A stretch of DNA of 33,418 bases. Origin: a virus. Taxonomy: Duplodnaviria; Caudoviricetes. The notes beneath the pieces were generated by a model. The model saw only the letters and a program-made list of their open reading frames with translations, made no database searches and had not been told where the DNA came from. The DNA is taken from IMG/VR virus record IMGVR_UViG_3300011339_000572, positions 1 through 33,418 of that record, one strand, 5' to 3'. Positions within the stretch are counted from its first letter, which is position 1. Every line of letters begins with the position of its first letter. The position numbers and the translations under genes are program-made. Shown here in pieces: positions 24,893 through 33,418 of the stretch.

Positions 24893-24916
24893 TCGCATCA
24901 CACAACACACACAATC

Positions 24917-25294
24917 ATGAACGGATACATTCAGGCCGACATCCTTGGCCGTACCAGGGGTTTGAAGTTCGGCATGCTGGCAGTCCAGCAAATAGGCATG
25001 GAAATGCAAAAGTTAGGCAAGGTCTTCGGGGACAACTCGATAGACCTTGCCGCCGTGCCCGTTATTATCTATTGGGGTCTATTCAATAATTGTTACATCA
25101 AGAAGGAAGACCCGGACTTCACCTTTGAGGATGTCGTGGATTGGGTTGATAGCAACATCAGCAGCCCAGACATCTTTACGCCAATCTTGCAGGCATTCTA
25201 CGACTCCAAGTTCCTTCAGCCAACTCAACAAGCACCGCAGGGAGATCAAAAAAAAAGTTCGACCTCGACACGCAGGAAGGGTGGGACAAGTTAA
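24917..25294 (+). CDS. Tail assembly chaperone (G)
   Basis: Between the tube and tape measure genes, with a slippery A9 run near its 3' end. Confidence 0.85.
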   Translation: MNGYIQADILGRTRGLKFGMLAVQQIGMEMQKLGKVFGDNSIDLAAVPVIIYWGLFNNCYIKKEDPDFTFEDVVDWVDSNISSPDIFTPILQAFYDSKFLQPTQQAPQGDQKKSSTSTRRKGGTS

Positions 25295-25578
25295 GGGCGC
25301 ACGTCACCGGTGAGATCGGCCGCACTGATTACGATGCTCTGACCTTCAAAGAAGTGTCGCTCATTATCGAAGGATATCAGGAGCGGCTCATCCACGACTA
25401 TCGGAACACGCGGCTCGTCATGTTTATGATGGCGAAGATGTGGGGCGATCCAAAGAAGGTGCCTGACAGCCCGGAAGCCCTTTGGAGATTGCCCGGGGAC
25501 GCGGATGCCGGGGTCACAGAGCAAGACATCGCCGAGATGTTTCGTAAATTGCGCTCAAAGGAACAAGGTGGCGGATAA
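24917..25578 (+). CDS. Tail assembly chaperone GT fusion via -1 frameshift
   Basis: CAA AAA AAA AGT at 25247-25258. The -1 frame is open from 25255 (KFDLDTQEGWDKLRAH...) into the 25354-25578 ORF. Confidence 0.85.
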
Positions 25579-27325
25579 CCAACTTCAGATAAATATAGGC
25601 GCAGATACGCGGAGCCTTGAGCAAGGTTTGCAGCGTGCAACTGCCGCAGTGGAGACATTTGACAAAAGTGTCAAGCAGACAACTGCTAATTCCGGCAAGG
25701 CTACGCTGGCATTGACAAACCTTGGCCGCGTAGCATCTGACGCTCCTTTCGGCTTCATCGCCATTGCAAACAACATCGAGCCACTCATCCAATCTTTCCA
25801 ATCTGTACGGAAAGAGTCCGGCAGTTTGGGCGGTGCGCTCAAAGCACTTGGCAGTTCACTCGCAGGCCCCGGCGGTCTGCTACTCGGATTCACACTTGTA
25901 AGCTCTGCCATCACGGTGGCAATTCAAAAATATGGCAGTCTGGGCGGTGCTATTGATGCAATATTTGGCAAGCAAGATTCGCTGAACCAAGAGATAAGAT
26001 CAGCGGCTGAATCTTACGCCAAGTACAATGAGCAGCTCAAGACCACGACAAGCATCCAATCAAATGCAGCCGGAAGTACGCAGGGAGAGATTAGCAGGGT
26101 GAAGGCACTTGCTGCCATCGTAAACAATACGACTGCAACCTATTTGCAACGCAACAACGCGCTGCAAGAGTTGGCAAAAATAAACAAGACATATTTTGGC
26201 AATCTTGATCTTGAGAGCGTAAAGCTTGGCACGCTGACAAAAGCGGTCGATGCGTACACAAAAGCCACCATTCAGTCAGCAATTACCAAAGGTTTTGAGT
26301 CAGAAATAGGTGCGGCGAATGTAGAGCTGAATAAGCAGGAGAACATCCTGAAGAAACTGCAAGATAGGCGCAGGACTCTTCAGGCTGCTCCTCAAAGGAT
26401 CGTGGGCGCAGCGGCTACGGTTGACACACGTGATTTAATTGCTGCCACTCAAGCAGAACTAGATCAGGCGAGAGTAGTGACTGAACTCCGCGCAAGGATT
26501 CGTGAGCTTAATGCAGCAATAGGGGATAGCATCCGGCAGTTTAATGCCATTACTGCGCCTATTAACGCGGCCAATACTGCAACGCAGAACAATACTTCGG
26601 TCACAAATAGGAATACGAGTGCGATAAATAAGCGGACTGCTGCTTTGCAACAAGCAGAAGAAAAGCAAAAGTCACTTGCAAAAATTCTCGCAGAAGCTGG
26701 TCAGGTTCAGACGCTTGACTTCACATCATTATTTGATGTTGATCAAGCAGAAGCTAAAAGCAGGCTTGAGCGGCTTGGCGTAATTACTGCGTATCGTGAC
26801 GCATTTGAAGAAGCACTCGCACCATCTCAAGGGAGGCTTGGCCGTGACTTCACCATCATCCCGCCAGCAGCCATTCAGGCAGCCATTGATAACGTCAACC
26901 GATTGCGGGATGCTGGATTACAAGCAGGCGCGGCATTCAGCTCGGTCATATCTCCGGCCATTGATGGCGTATTTTCAGCCATCGAGAACGGGCAAAGCGT
27001 CATCAAGTCGCTTGGCGATTCGTTCAAGAAACTCGTCATTGATCTCATCAAGGCAACGGTCAAGGCTGCTGCTTTTGCTTTGGTCATATCGGCGGCATCC
27101 GGTGGCACCATCAACTTCGGCACTGCATTCCGCGGTGCTTTGCAACTCGGCGGCACCGGCGGCGGCTTCGGTGGTTTTCGTGGCGCAGCAGCACCAACCT
27201 TCGGCGGTGTGGGTGGCTTCGGTGGCGGTCTGCAACTTTCCGGCCAAGTAGTATTCACGCAGCGCGGCACTGACCTTGTCGGGGTGCTGAACTCATCGAA
27301 CGCACGCATAAATCGGGTAGGCTAA
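25568..27325 (+). CDS. Tape measure protein (about 585 aa)
   Basis: LQINIGAD N-terminus, Ala/Gly/Ser-rich helices, hydrophobic segments. GTG start at 25568 is more plausible than 25505. Confidence 0.88.
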   Translation: MADNQLQINIGADTRSLEQGLQRATAAVETFDKSVKQTTANSGKATLALTNLGRVASDAPFGFIAIANNIEPLIQSFQSVRKESGSLGGALKALGSSLAGPGGLLLGFTLVSSAITVAIQKYGSLGGAIDAIFGKQDSLNQEIRSAAESYAKYNEQLKTTTSIQSNAAGSTQGEISRVKALAAIVNNTTATYLQRNNALQELAKINKTYFGNLDLESVKLGTLTKAVDAYTKATIQSAITKGFESEIGAANVELNKQENILKKLQDRRRTLQAAPQRIVGAAATVDTRDLIAATQAELDQARVVTELRARIRELNAAIGDSIRQFNAITAPINAANTATQNNTSVTNRNTSAINKRTAALQQAEEKQKSLAKILAEAGQVQTLDFTSLFDVDQAEAKSRLERLGVITAYRDAFEEALAPSQGRLGRDFTIIPPAAIQAAIDNVNRLRDAGLQAGAAFSSVISPAIDGVFSAIENGQSVIKSLGDSFKKLVIDLIKATVKAAAFALVISAASGGTINFGTAFRGALQLGGTGGGFGGFRGAAAPTFGGVGGFGGGLQLSGQVVFTQRGTDLVGVLNSSNARINRVG

Positions 27326-29349
27326 TGGCAGCAGTCAAGTTTTTTATGGAGTTCGAGAACGTGCAGGGTGATCTCTGCACGGTCAACTTTATTTTCGAGG
27401 ATTACAACGATGCGCCGATACGCTTGTACGGCGGGCCGCAGCCGTTCATCCTTGGCGAGTTCAACCAGGACTTTGACTTATTCAAACCTATCCGGCCACA
27501 GCAAGCCACCATTCAGGTGCTTGCATCTGCCGGCGGTGTATCGCTGGAGGACTTCCTGACCGACAATGACACCGACATCACGGTGCGCTTTGACTTTGGG
27601 GACTTCGGGAGTTATTGGCAAGGTATCCTATCGCAGGAGGACATTGAAGAGACATGGATCAGTACCAACCATATCCTCACGCTCCGAGCAGATGAGGGCT
27701 TCGGAAGACTTCAGAACAAACAACTGAACGATGGCACCGGAGCGGCACTGATTGGCACCTATACGCCATTCAATTACATCCAGTATGCTGCGGATGATGT
27801 GATCGGCAACTTCTTCTACACGCGCATATATTCCAATCTCTTTCACACCTCGATGTCATCCGCATCGAACAAGACGGGCATTGATCAATGTCTTATTGAT
27901 GCGAGGACATTTGAGCAATCACCTGGAGTGTTCGACAATGGGTACACGGTCATAGAAAAGATCAACCGCGCTTGGAGCCAAACATTATTCCAATGGAATT
28001 CTTTGTGGGTCATTCTGCGCATCCCTGAACTCTTCCGCACCGGCAATCTTGTCGGCTTCAACACCAACCGGCCAACGGTCGGAAACCGCGCATCAGCCAA
28101 CACGCGCTACGATATCGAGGTGGGTGTGCAAGAAGATGTGAAGCCGATCGTGCCGGAGATGTTGAAGACCGTGATCAAGCCGAAGAAAGAAACCACCATC
28201 CAATTCGATTGGGAGCAATACGACCAGGTCATTTGCAATGAGTCATTCAGGTACGGTACGTTCATCGAAACGACCGGCACACCACCAAACGAGACAGATA
28301 AATATAGCATCGATTCATGGACGGTGCAGCAAGGTGCTCTTGGTAATTCAAACCCAAGCACAAGCATTTTCCAAAGGCACGTAGTATTTGCAGGGAGTAG
28401 GCTTGACGATGAGTATGGCATATTGCAAAAGCAGACATCTGCGCTTGTATGGGCACGCTCATGCAATGTTTACGTTTCTCAAGATAGTGAATTGACATAC
28501 AGCGTTCAGTATTCGTTGAAATCTGCGATGTCATTTACAAAAGTGGATGCCATTGGTATCATACAACTATTTGCAAGCGATGGGACGTACTACACAATGG
28601 ATGATGACGGTATTTTTTACCAATCAAATTCAACTTGGACGGTTAATGTAAAACTTTTGCAAGTCACATTTGCAAATGGTGAAGGCGAAGGCTGGGCAGA
28701 TTATGAAGTGAGCGGTAATATTCCAAAGGATGGGTACTTGAATTTTCTTTTACTGAAAGATGAAACAAGCCCGAAAGATTTTATATACTTCCGCGGCCTA
28801 TCAGTTACTATTGAGCCAAAGGTTCAGAAGTTCCGTAGGCTGAAGATAAAGGGAGACTACGACCGTTACACCATCGACCGGGAGATAGTCAACACAGAGA
28901 CTGAAACCATCTTCCTGGACGATGCGCAACTTCAGATACATCGGGGCGCACTCCTTGAATCCGATGGAATCACGCTGACCAATGACCAATGGTATCGCCG
29001 AACCGACTTCAATGGCGATGTCACCACTGACGAGCGGCTGACATTTAAGCGTCAGCATGCGCTCTCCAAGTGGTACATGAATCGAGGATATAAGACCAAG
29101 CTCGATGTTAATCTATTCGGCTTGAAGTGGAAGGATCAGTTCGATGTCACTTATCCCATCGGCATTATCAACACGATCAAATTTGTGGATGATGCACCGA
29201 CAAAAATATTCGCAATCACGAACCTAAAAGAGATAGATTTTATGTCATGCACATGGAGTGCCACGCTCATTGAGATTGTTGACACTACGATTGCAGACAA
29301 TGAGCCAGGTGCGGAAGATGTGCATACCTTTGACTACTATTACGAATAA
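27325..29349 (+). CDS. Tail tip / baseplate hub-like structural protein
   Basis: 674-aa beta-rich protein right after the tape measure gene, with LTLRADEGFG hub-like motif. Assignment is mainly positional. Confidence 0.7.
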   Translation: MAAVKFFMEFENVQGDLCTVNFIFEDYNDAPIRLYGGPQPFILGEFNQDFDLFKPIRPQQATIQVLASAGGVSLEDFLTDNDTDITVRFDFGDFGSYWQGILSQEDIEETWISTNHILTLRADEGFGRLQNKQLNDGTGAALIGTYTPFNYIQYAADDVIGNFFYTRIYSNLFHTSMSSASNKTGIDQCLIDARTFEQSPGVFDNGYTVIEKINRAWSQTLFQWNSLWVILRIPELFRTGNLVGFNTNRPTVGNRASANTRYDIEVGVQEDVKPIVPEMLKTVIKPKKETTIQFDWEQYDQVICNESFRYGTFIETTGTPPNETDKYSIDSWTVQQGALGNSNPSTSIFQRHVVFAGSRLDDEYGILQKQTSALVWARSCNVYVSQDSELTYSVQYSLKSAMSFTKVDAIGIIQLFASDGTYYTMDDDGIFYQSNSTWTVNVKLLQVTFANGEGEGWADYEVSGNIPKDGYLNFLLLKDETSPKDFIYFRGLSVTIEPKVQKFRRLKIKGDYDRYTIDREIVNTETETIFLDDAQLQIHRGALLESDGITLTNDQWYRRTDFNGDVTTDERLTFKRQHALSKWYMNRGYKTKLDVNLFGLKWKDQFDVTYPIGIINTIKFVDDAPTKIFAITNLKEIDFMSCTWSATLIEIVDTTIADNEPGAEDVHTFDYYYE

Positions 29350-29352
29350 CAC

Positions 29353-30030
29353 ATGGCCGATCCGGTAAAGGGGGAAAATGTGGTCTTTTATGCCAAGCTC
29401 GGAACGAGTTACTACCCGTTCGCTTGCGCCAAAGAGGTCACCATCACCCAAACGACTGACAAGATAGAGCTGGCTCCGTACACAACGGGGAAGTGGCGGT
29501 CATTCATCTATGGTCGCACCTCCGGCACCATCACCGGCAGCGGCATCGTGAAGATTGACGCAGGAGCTGGCAAGTACAGCATATTCGATCTTCTGAACTT
29601 CCAGACCGATCACATCATCGTTCTGACCAGGTACACGCTCACTGACCCACAAAGCAATCAGAAGACCTACGATGTGCCATGCCTTATTGACGAGGTGACG
29701 CTCTCCGGCACGGTGGGTCAGTTCGCTACCTACTCCTTCACATTGACAATGTCAGGCGATCCTGAATTTAACCAGACACCAATCAATGACGCGCTGACGG
29801 ATGTGGACTCTTGGGATTACACCGCCACCGGCAGCGAGACGGTCATCAGTGATGCCACACTCATCGGAGTCGATGTGCTTGACATCCGCAGGAACGGCAT
29901 CGGCCTTCAGGTGATCACCGCCGGCACACCTACCGGCAGCCAGGTGAAGTTCAACTCCGGAGCCGGGTCGCTTGAGTTCGGCATGGCTCTTGGAGCCGAT
30001 GAGTACATCCTTGTAATCTATGTCGCTTGA
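29353..30030 (+). CDS. Second tail-tube-like protein with C-terminal accessory domain
   Basis: FACAKEVTI...GKWRSFIYGRTSGTITGSG...IDEVTLSG...ATYSFTLTMSG resembles TP901-1-type tube proteins. Confidence 0.7.
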   Translation: MADPVKGENVVFYAKLGTSYYPFACAKEVTITQTTDKIELAPYTTGKWRSFIYGRTSGTITGSGIVKIDAGAGKYSIFDLLNFQTDHIIVLTRYTLTDPQSNQKTYDVPCLIDEVTLSGTVGQFATYSFTLTMSGDPEFNQTPINDALTDVDSWDYTATGSETVISDATLIGVDVLDIRRNGIGLQVITAGTPTGSQVKFNSGAGSLEFGMALGADEYILVIYVA

Positions 30031-30860
30031 TGGTAAGCGTTAAAACATACATCGTTCCGGCAGCGCAGTCATACGTTGACACATCCGGCATCGTGGCCGC
30101 TGATGTCATGGTCGTGGATCGCAACGGCATCGGCGTGAAGCACTCTACGAGCTTCAACACCGGCACCAATAGCGAGAGCATAAAAGCATACCAATGGTAT
30201 GGGGTCAGACCCCAGACGCGGCCTTCTGGCACGTACCTAATCGAGATCAGCGAGGTCATCGGCTCGACTGACCGCACTTATGTGTTTAGGGTCGGCCCAT
30301 CTCCATCCGTAGGATGGACGTACACGCTTTATTTTGGCTCCATCCTTGCCGTCTATACCTCGCAGGCGGGTGATACTGCCGCCGATGTGCGTGACGGCCT
30401 TGTTGCGGCTGTAAATGCCCAGACATGGGGCACGTCAGTGACTGCCACGGCACAGAGCACGAACGAGCTTGAAGTGGTGGTCGATGACCTGACCACAACG
30501 CTGACAAATCTTGTTGGGAAGGAGAAGTGGAAGAATGGGTACTACGTCACGATCACCGGGGTAAATTACATCGTACTGGAGCAAGAGAGCACAACGGCGC
30601 AACCATCACTTCCGGCAGTGGCAGCATCTTACAACTTTGTTGACCTGACATTGATGCCATCCGACATCCAAACATACCTCACCGAAGCACTTTACATCAC
30701 ATCGTTCAGCGAGAGCGTGGCCGGCACGGCAAACATCAACGGCGTGCCGGTCATTGGCAACGTGCCGGCGAATGAATGCGTAGTGTATCAACCAGGTCAG
30801 AAGATATACTTTGAACTGCCACTTTTGGCAGGCGAGATCATAAACGTGATATCTAAATGA
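30027..30860 (+). CDS. Tail-associated structural protein
   Basis: Beta-rich. Shares DV...RNGIG and F...L..GE.I.VI with the C-terminal domain of the previous gene. Confidence 0.7.
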   Translation: MMVSVKTYIVPAAQSYVDTSGIVAADVMVVDRNGIGVKHSTSFNTGTNSESIKAYQWYGVRPQTRPSGTYLIEISEVIGSTDRTYVFRVGPSPSVGWTYTLYFGSILAVYTSQAGDTAADVRDGLVAAVNAQTWGTSVTATAQSTNELEVVVDDLTTTLTNLVGKEKWKNGYYVTITGVNYIVLEQESTTAQPSLPAVAASYNFVDLTLMPSDIQTYLTEALYITSFSESVAGTANINGVPVIGNVPANECVVYQPGQKIYFELPLLAGEIINVISK

Positions 30861-32440
30861 ATATGAAACGACTACTTTCACTTGTTGCAATTTTTGCAAC
30901 ACTTCAAGCATCAGCGCAGCAAGTAAATCCGGTGCCGGATTATGTTTTTGCCAATCGCATGAGCGCAGGGCGCAATACGGTGACCGACACGGCAGCGTAT
31001 TTCTCCATCGGGCCGCGATATGGGGCAACCCGTGGTATGATGCCTCCAATGGTGGTGGACACTGCATCATTTAGCGCGAACAAACGGAACGGATTGCTGA
31101 TATTCTCCGTTCAGAAAAATAAGTTCTTGTATTGGGATTCGGTCGGCGTAAAGTGGGCAGAGATGGCGGGTACCGGTGGAAGTGCCATCACGGGTTCAGG
31201 CGTCGCAGGATATATGCCTGAGTTCACCACTACGACCAATCTTGATACTACACGCCTTTATCATTCAGCCGGTCGCTTTGCCATAGGTAGCACAACGACA
31301 AGCAATGGTGCGTTAAGCGTTTACGGAGGCAATATTTACACAGACAATGATTTGAGGCTTGGGTCAACAACAGATTGGGGAGTCGAGGCTGAATTAACAA
31401 ACTTCCAAATAGTACAACGCACAACAAACTTCAGGTATTTGACTATTGACAGCGCAGGAAATGTAGCTTTTGGCAGGCTATCAAACGCAACCGGGTCAAA
31501 TGCTTCAGCGTACTTTAATACCGACAAAGAACTGATCATTGCCAACAGCGCGGTAGATCTTGGAAATTACAAATTACAAGTTAGCGGAAACGCATACATC
31601 GGAGGGAATGCAACATTAACAAGCATTGACAGTATTACTTCTCCGATCAATGTACTGACTGCAAATGCAAGCGGGTTGGTGCAAAAAACATCTTTAGCGA
31701 GCATTGGAATTTCCGGAAGTGGGACAACAAATTACGTTCCAAAGCTTACAGCTTCAAGGGTAATCGGTAACTCTTTAATATTTGATAATGGCTCGCAAAT
31801 TTTGATAAATACAACATCAGCAGGCGGCGGCTATACTTTACGTGTGTCCGGTAGCATGGAAACTACCGGGGCGACTTATTTAGGCACAAGCGGCGGTAAA
31901 GTATTGATGAATTACACAAGCGCTTCACCTGCTGAATTGAGAGTGCATAACACGGCAACAGATAACCAGCAATTAATACTTTCAAACGCCGGGACATATC
32001 ACACGGGGTTCATTGCATCTCAAGCCGATAATGTTCTGACGGACACATATGCCTGGGGTATGTTTGGTGGTTCCAATAGCTATATCAGTGGGCTTTCATA
32101 TTCTGCTGCCATTGCTTTGGCTGCTGATGTTTCTGCTTTCCGAATCATCAAGAATAACAATTTGAACTCTACACCAAGCGCGACACATTTGCAGCTGAAC
32201 AACTCATCCGGTGAGCTATTATTAGGCACCACGACTGACGCAGGGGATTACAGATTGCAAGTATCCGGCAACATCTATAACACTGGCAGCCTGACAACCG
32301 GCGCACCTTCAGGCGGTAGTATCAAGCCTTGGAAAATAGGCGAAGCTGCAACGGTATCTCCAACATCACCGAACAGAACGCTCCGCGTTGAGGTCGATGG
32401 CGTTGTGTATTACATCCATGCCAAAACGACAAATGATTAA
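30857..32440 (+). CDS. Tail fibre / receptor-binding-like protein with N-terminal signal peptide
   Basis: Gly/Ser/Thr/Asn-rich fibre repeats (GSG..Y.P..T x2; Y.L.VSG x3), C-terminal LRVEVDGVVYYI. N-terminus MKRLLSLVAIFATLQASA-QQ. Confidence 0.75.
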   Translation: MNMKRLLSLVAIFATLQASAQQVNPVPDYVFANRMSAGRNTVTDTAAYFSIGPRYGATRGMMPPMVVDTASFSANKRNGLLIFSVQKNKFLYWDSVGVKWAEMAGTGGSAITGSGVAGYMPEFTTTTNLDTTRLYHSAGRFAIGSTTTSNGALSVYGGNIYTDNDLRLGSTTDWGVEAELTNFQIVQRTTNFRYLTIDSAGNVAFGRLSNATGSNASAYFNTDKELIIANSAVDLGNYKLQVSGNAYIGGNATLTSIDSITSPINVLTANASGLVQKTSLASIGISGSGTTNYVPKLTASRVIGNSLIFDNGSQILINTTSAGGGYTLRVSGSMETTGATYLGTSGGKVLMNYTSASPAELRVHNTATDNQQLILSNAGTYHTGFIASQADNVLTDTYAWGMFGGSNSYISGLSYSAAIALAADVSAFRIIKNNNLNSTPSATHLQLNNSSGELLLGTTTDAGDYRLQVSGNIYNTGSLTTGAPSGGSIKPWKIGEAATVSPTSPNRTLRVEVDGVVYYIHAKTTND

Positions 32441-32449
32441 CTTTGAAAC

Positions 32450-32653
32450 ATGAAAAAAGCACTCACACTCATTGGCGTCATGACACTGATGGCGTTCCAA
32501 CCATCGCCTAAAAATTACAAGCTTGAGCTGACTGCGCAGGAGGTGCAAATTATCTACGATGCACTCGGTGAACTTCCGGCAAAACAAACCGAAACAATAA
32601 GATTCAAACTCATTCAGCAAGTGAACGAGCAAAATAAACAAGAGAAAAAATGA
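32450..32653 (+). CDS. Small fibre-associated protein with signal-peptide-like N-terminus
   Basis: MKKALTLIGVMTLMAFQ followed by LELTAQEVQIIYDALGELP. Confidence 0.75.
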   Translation: MKKALTLIGVMTLMAFQPSPKNYKLELTAQEVQIIYDALGELPAKQTETIRFKLIQQVNEQNKQEKK

Positions 32654-33048
32654 AGCAACTGATTACGCTGGCCTTCCTGGTTCTTTCCTTCTCCGCATTT
32701 TCGCAGAAGGATTCCACACGGCCCAACAAGCGACCGATTGACAAGGTCAAGGTATGGCAGAACGGGGTCGTGTACGATGCAGATGACATTGACGTGGTTT
32801 GTGTGTGGGATGACCTCGCAACGACTGCACGGTTCTATTACACCTTGTCGGATTCGACCGGAGCCGTGGTGACGAGCGGGAACGTGGAACTGACCGGAGC
32901 GAAATATCAGGACTACGCATCCAAGCCGAATCATGACGATCGGGCGGTAGTGTTGGTCATGAGGGAACTTAATGTTCGGCAGCGGGAGCAGAGAGCGGCC
33001 ACGCAAGCGGCACGTCAGGCGGCAGCAGGCACAGCACCGAAGCAATGA
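32650..33048 (+). CDS. Fibre-associated protein with Sec signal peptide
   Basis: MKQLITLAFLVLSFSAFS-Q followed by VWQNG...DDLATTARFYYTL...GNVELTG. Confidence 0.8.
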   Translation: MKQLITLAFLVLSFSAFSQKDSTRPNKRPIDKVKVWQNGVVYDADDIDVVCVWDDLATTARFYYTLSDSTGAVVTSGNVELTGAKYQDYASKPNHDDRAVVLVMRELNVRQREQRAATQAARQAAAGTAPKQ

Positions 33049-33418
33049 TAATCAAAGCCGGCACGCATGCTCCTCTTCGACTGCCTGAAATTATTGGGCA
33101 GTCGAGGATTTTGCGTTATGCGGTCGAGTTCACGCCATCGTGCCGGTACCGGATAGGGGAAGACCAGAGCGACATCAACAAGCTCTTCGGCATCGGCTAC
33201 TTCCCATACCACCGCCTCAACTCCGTTCGGTTCGGGTGGAGGTACACAAGCAATGACCACGTTGACATCTTTGCGTACTGGTACAAGGACGGAGACCGAG
33301 CCTGGAAGATGATGGGTCAGGTGCCCATCGGCAGAGAGCATATCTTTGTGCTGACTCCGGGGCTGACGGTCCACACGCTGCAAGTTTACGGCAGAGGGAT
33401 GGCGGCAAATGTGCCGGG
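33045..33418 (+). CDS. 5' part of the junction-spanning 155-aa hypothetical protein
   Basis: ATGA overlap at 33045. MIIKAGTH...DINKLFGIG...NSVRFGWRY... stays open to the window end and continues in 1-222. Confidence 0.85.
   Translation, partial: MIIKAGTHAPLRLPEIIGQSRILRYAVEFTPSCRYRIGEDQSDINKLFGIGYFPYHRLNSVRFGWRYTSNDHVDIFAYWYKDGDRAWKMMGQVPIGREHIFVLTPGLTVHTLQVYGRGMAANVP
33291..33418. repeat. Terminal direct repeat / circular overlap, right copy
   Basis: 120/128 identical to 1-128. Confidence 0.95.

Noticed and set aside
3110-33408. Numerous long minus-strand and alternate-frame ORFs (e.g. 3642-4475, 14607-15299, 18386-19048)
   Set aside because: They shadow well-supported + strand genes and lack motifs or initiation context.
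1-33418. Stop-codon reassignment
   Set aside because: Core genes are full length in the standard bacterial code, and TAA, TGA and TAG all end genes at sensible boundaries.

Overview
This window looks like one essentially complete, circularly permuted tailed-phage genome. The unit length is about 33,290 bp: bases 1-128 recur with 8 mismatches at 33291-33418, and one gene runs across that junction. All credible genes are on the + strand. Bacteroidota-type promoters (TTTG-N21-TAnnTTTG), A/C-rich leaders without Shine-Dalgarno sequences and Sec signal peptides followed by Gln point to a Bacteroidota host (inference). Gene order: tail accessory and lysis genes (holin, u-spanin-like) > early/DNA genes (SSB-like, PD-(D/E)XK nuclease, SF2 helicase, DUF3310, VRR-NUC, M15A peptidase, metallophosphoesterase) > primase-helicase, iteron/AT-rich origin, DnaA-domain-IV protein > TerS/TerL, portal, minor head protein, multidomain prohead protease, HK97-fold capsid > methyltransferase + glycosyltransferase > siphovirus neck and tail (with a -1 frameshifted chaperone) > fibre module. 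I found no integrase or standalone DNA polymerase. Most unusual signals: (1) two non-coding elements with the same layout (CAU, G/U-rich tract, UUUCUA-loop hairpin) that read as antisense copies of translation-initiation regions, one exactly sandwiched between two tRNA-like folds with abnormal anticodon arms; (2) a fibre module in which three consecutive genes carry Sec signal peptides; (3) a loop-bulge pseudoknot/attenuator leader upstream of the replication genes; (4) a methyltransferase/glycosyltransferase pair inside the virion gene block. All product calls come from motif recognition by eye; no database search or folding program was run.
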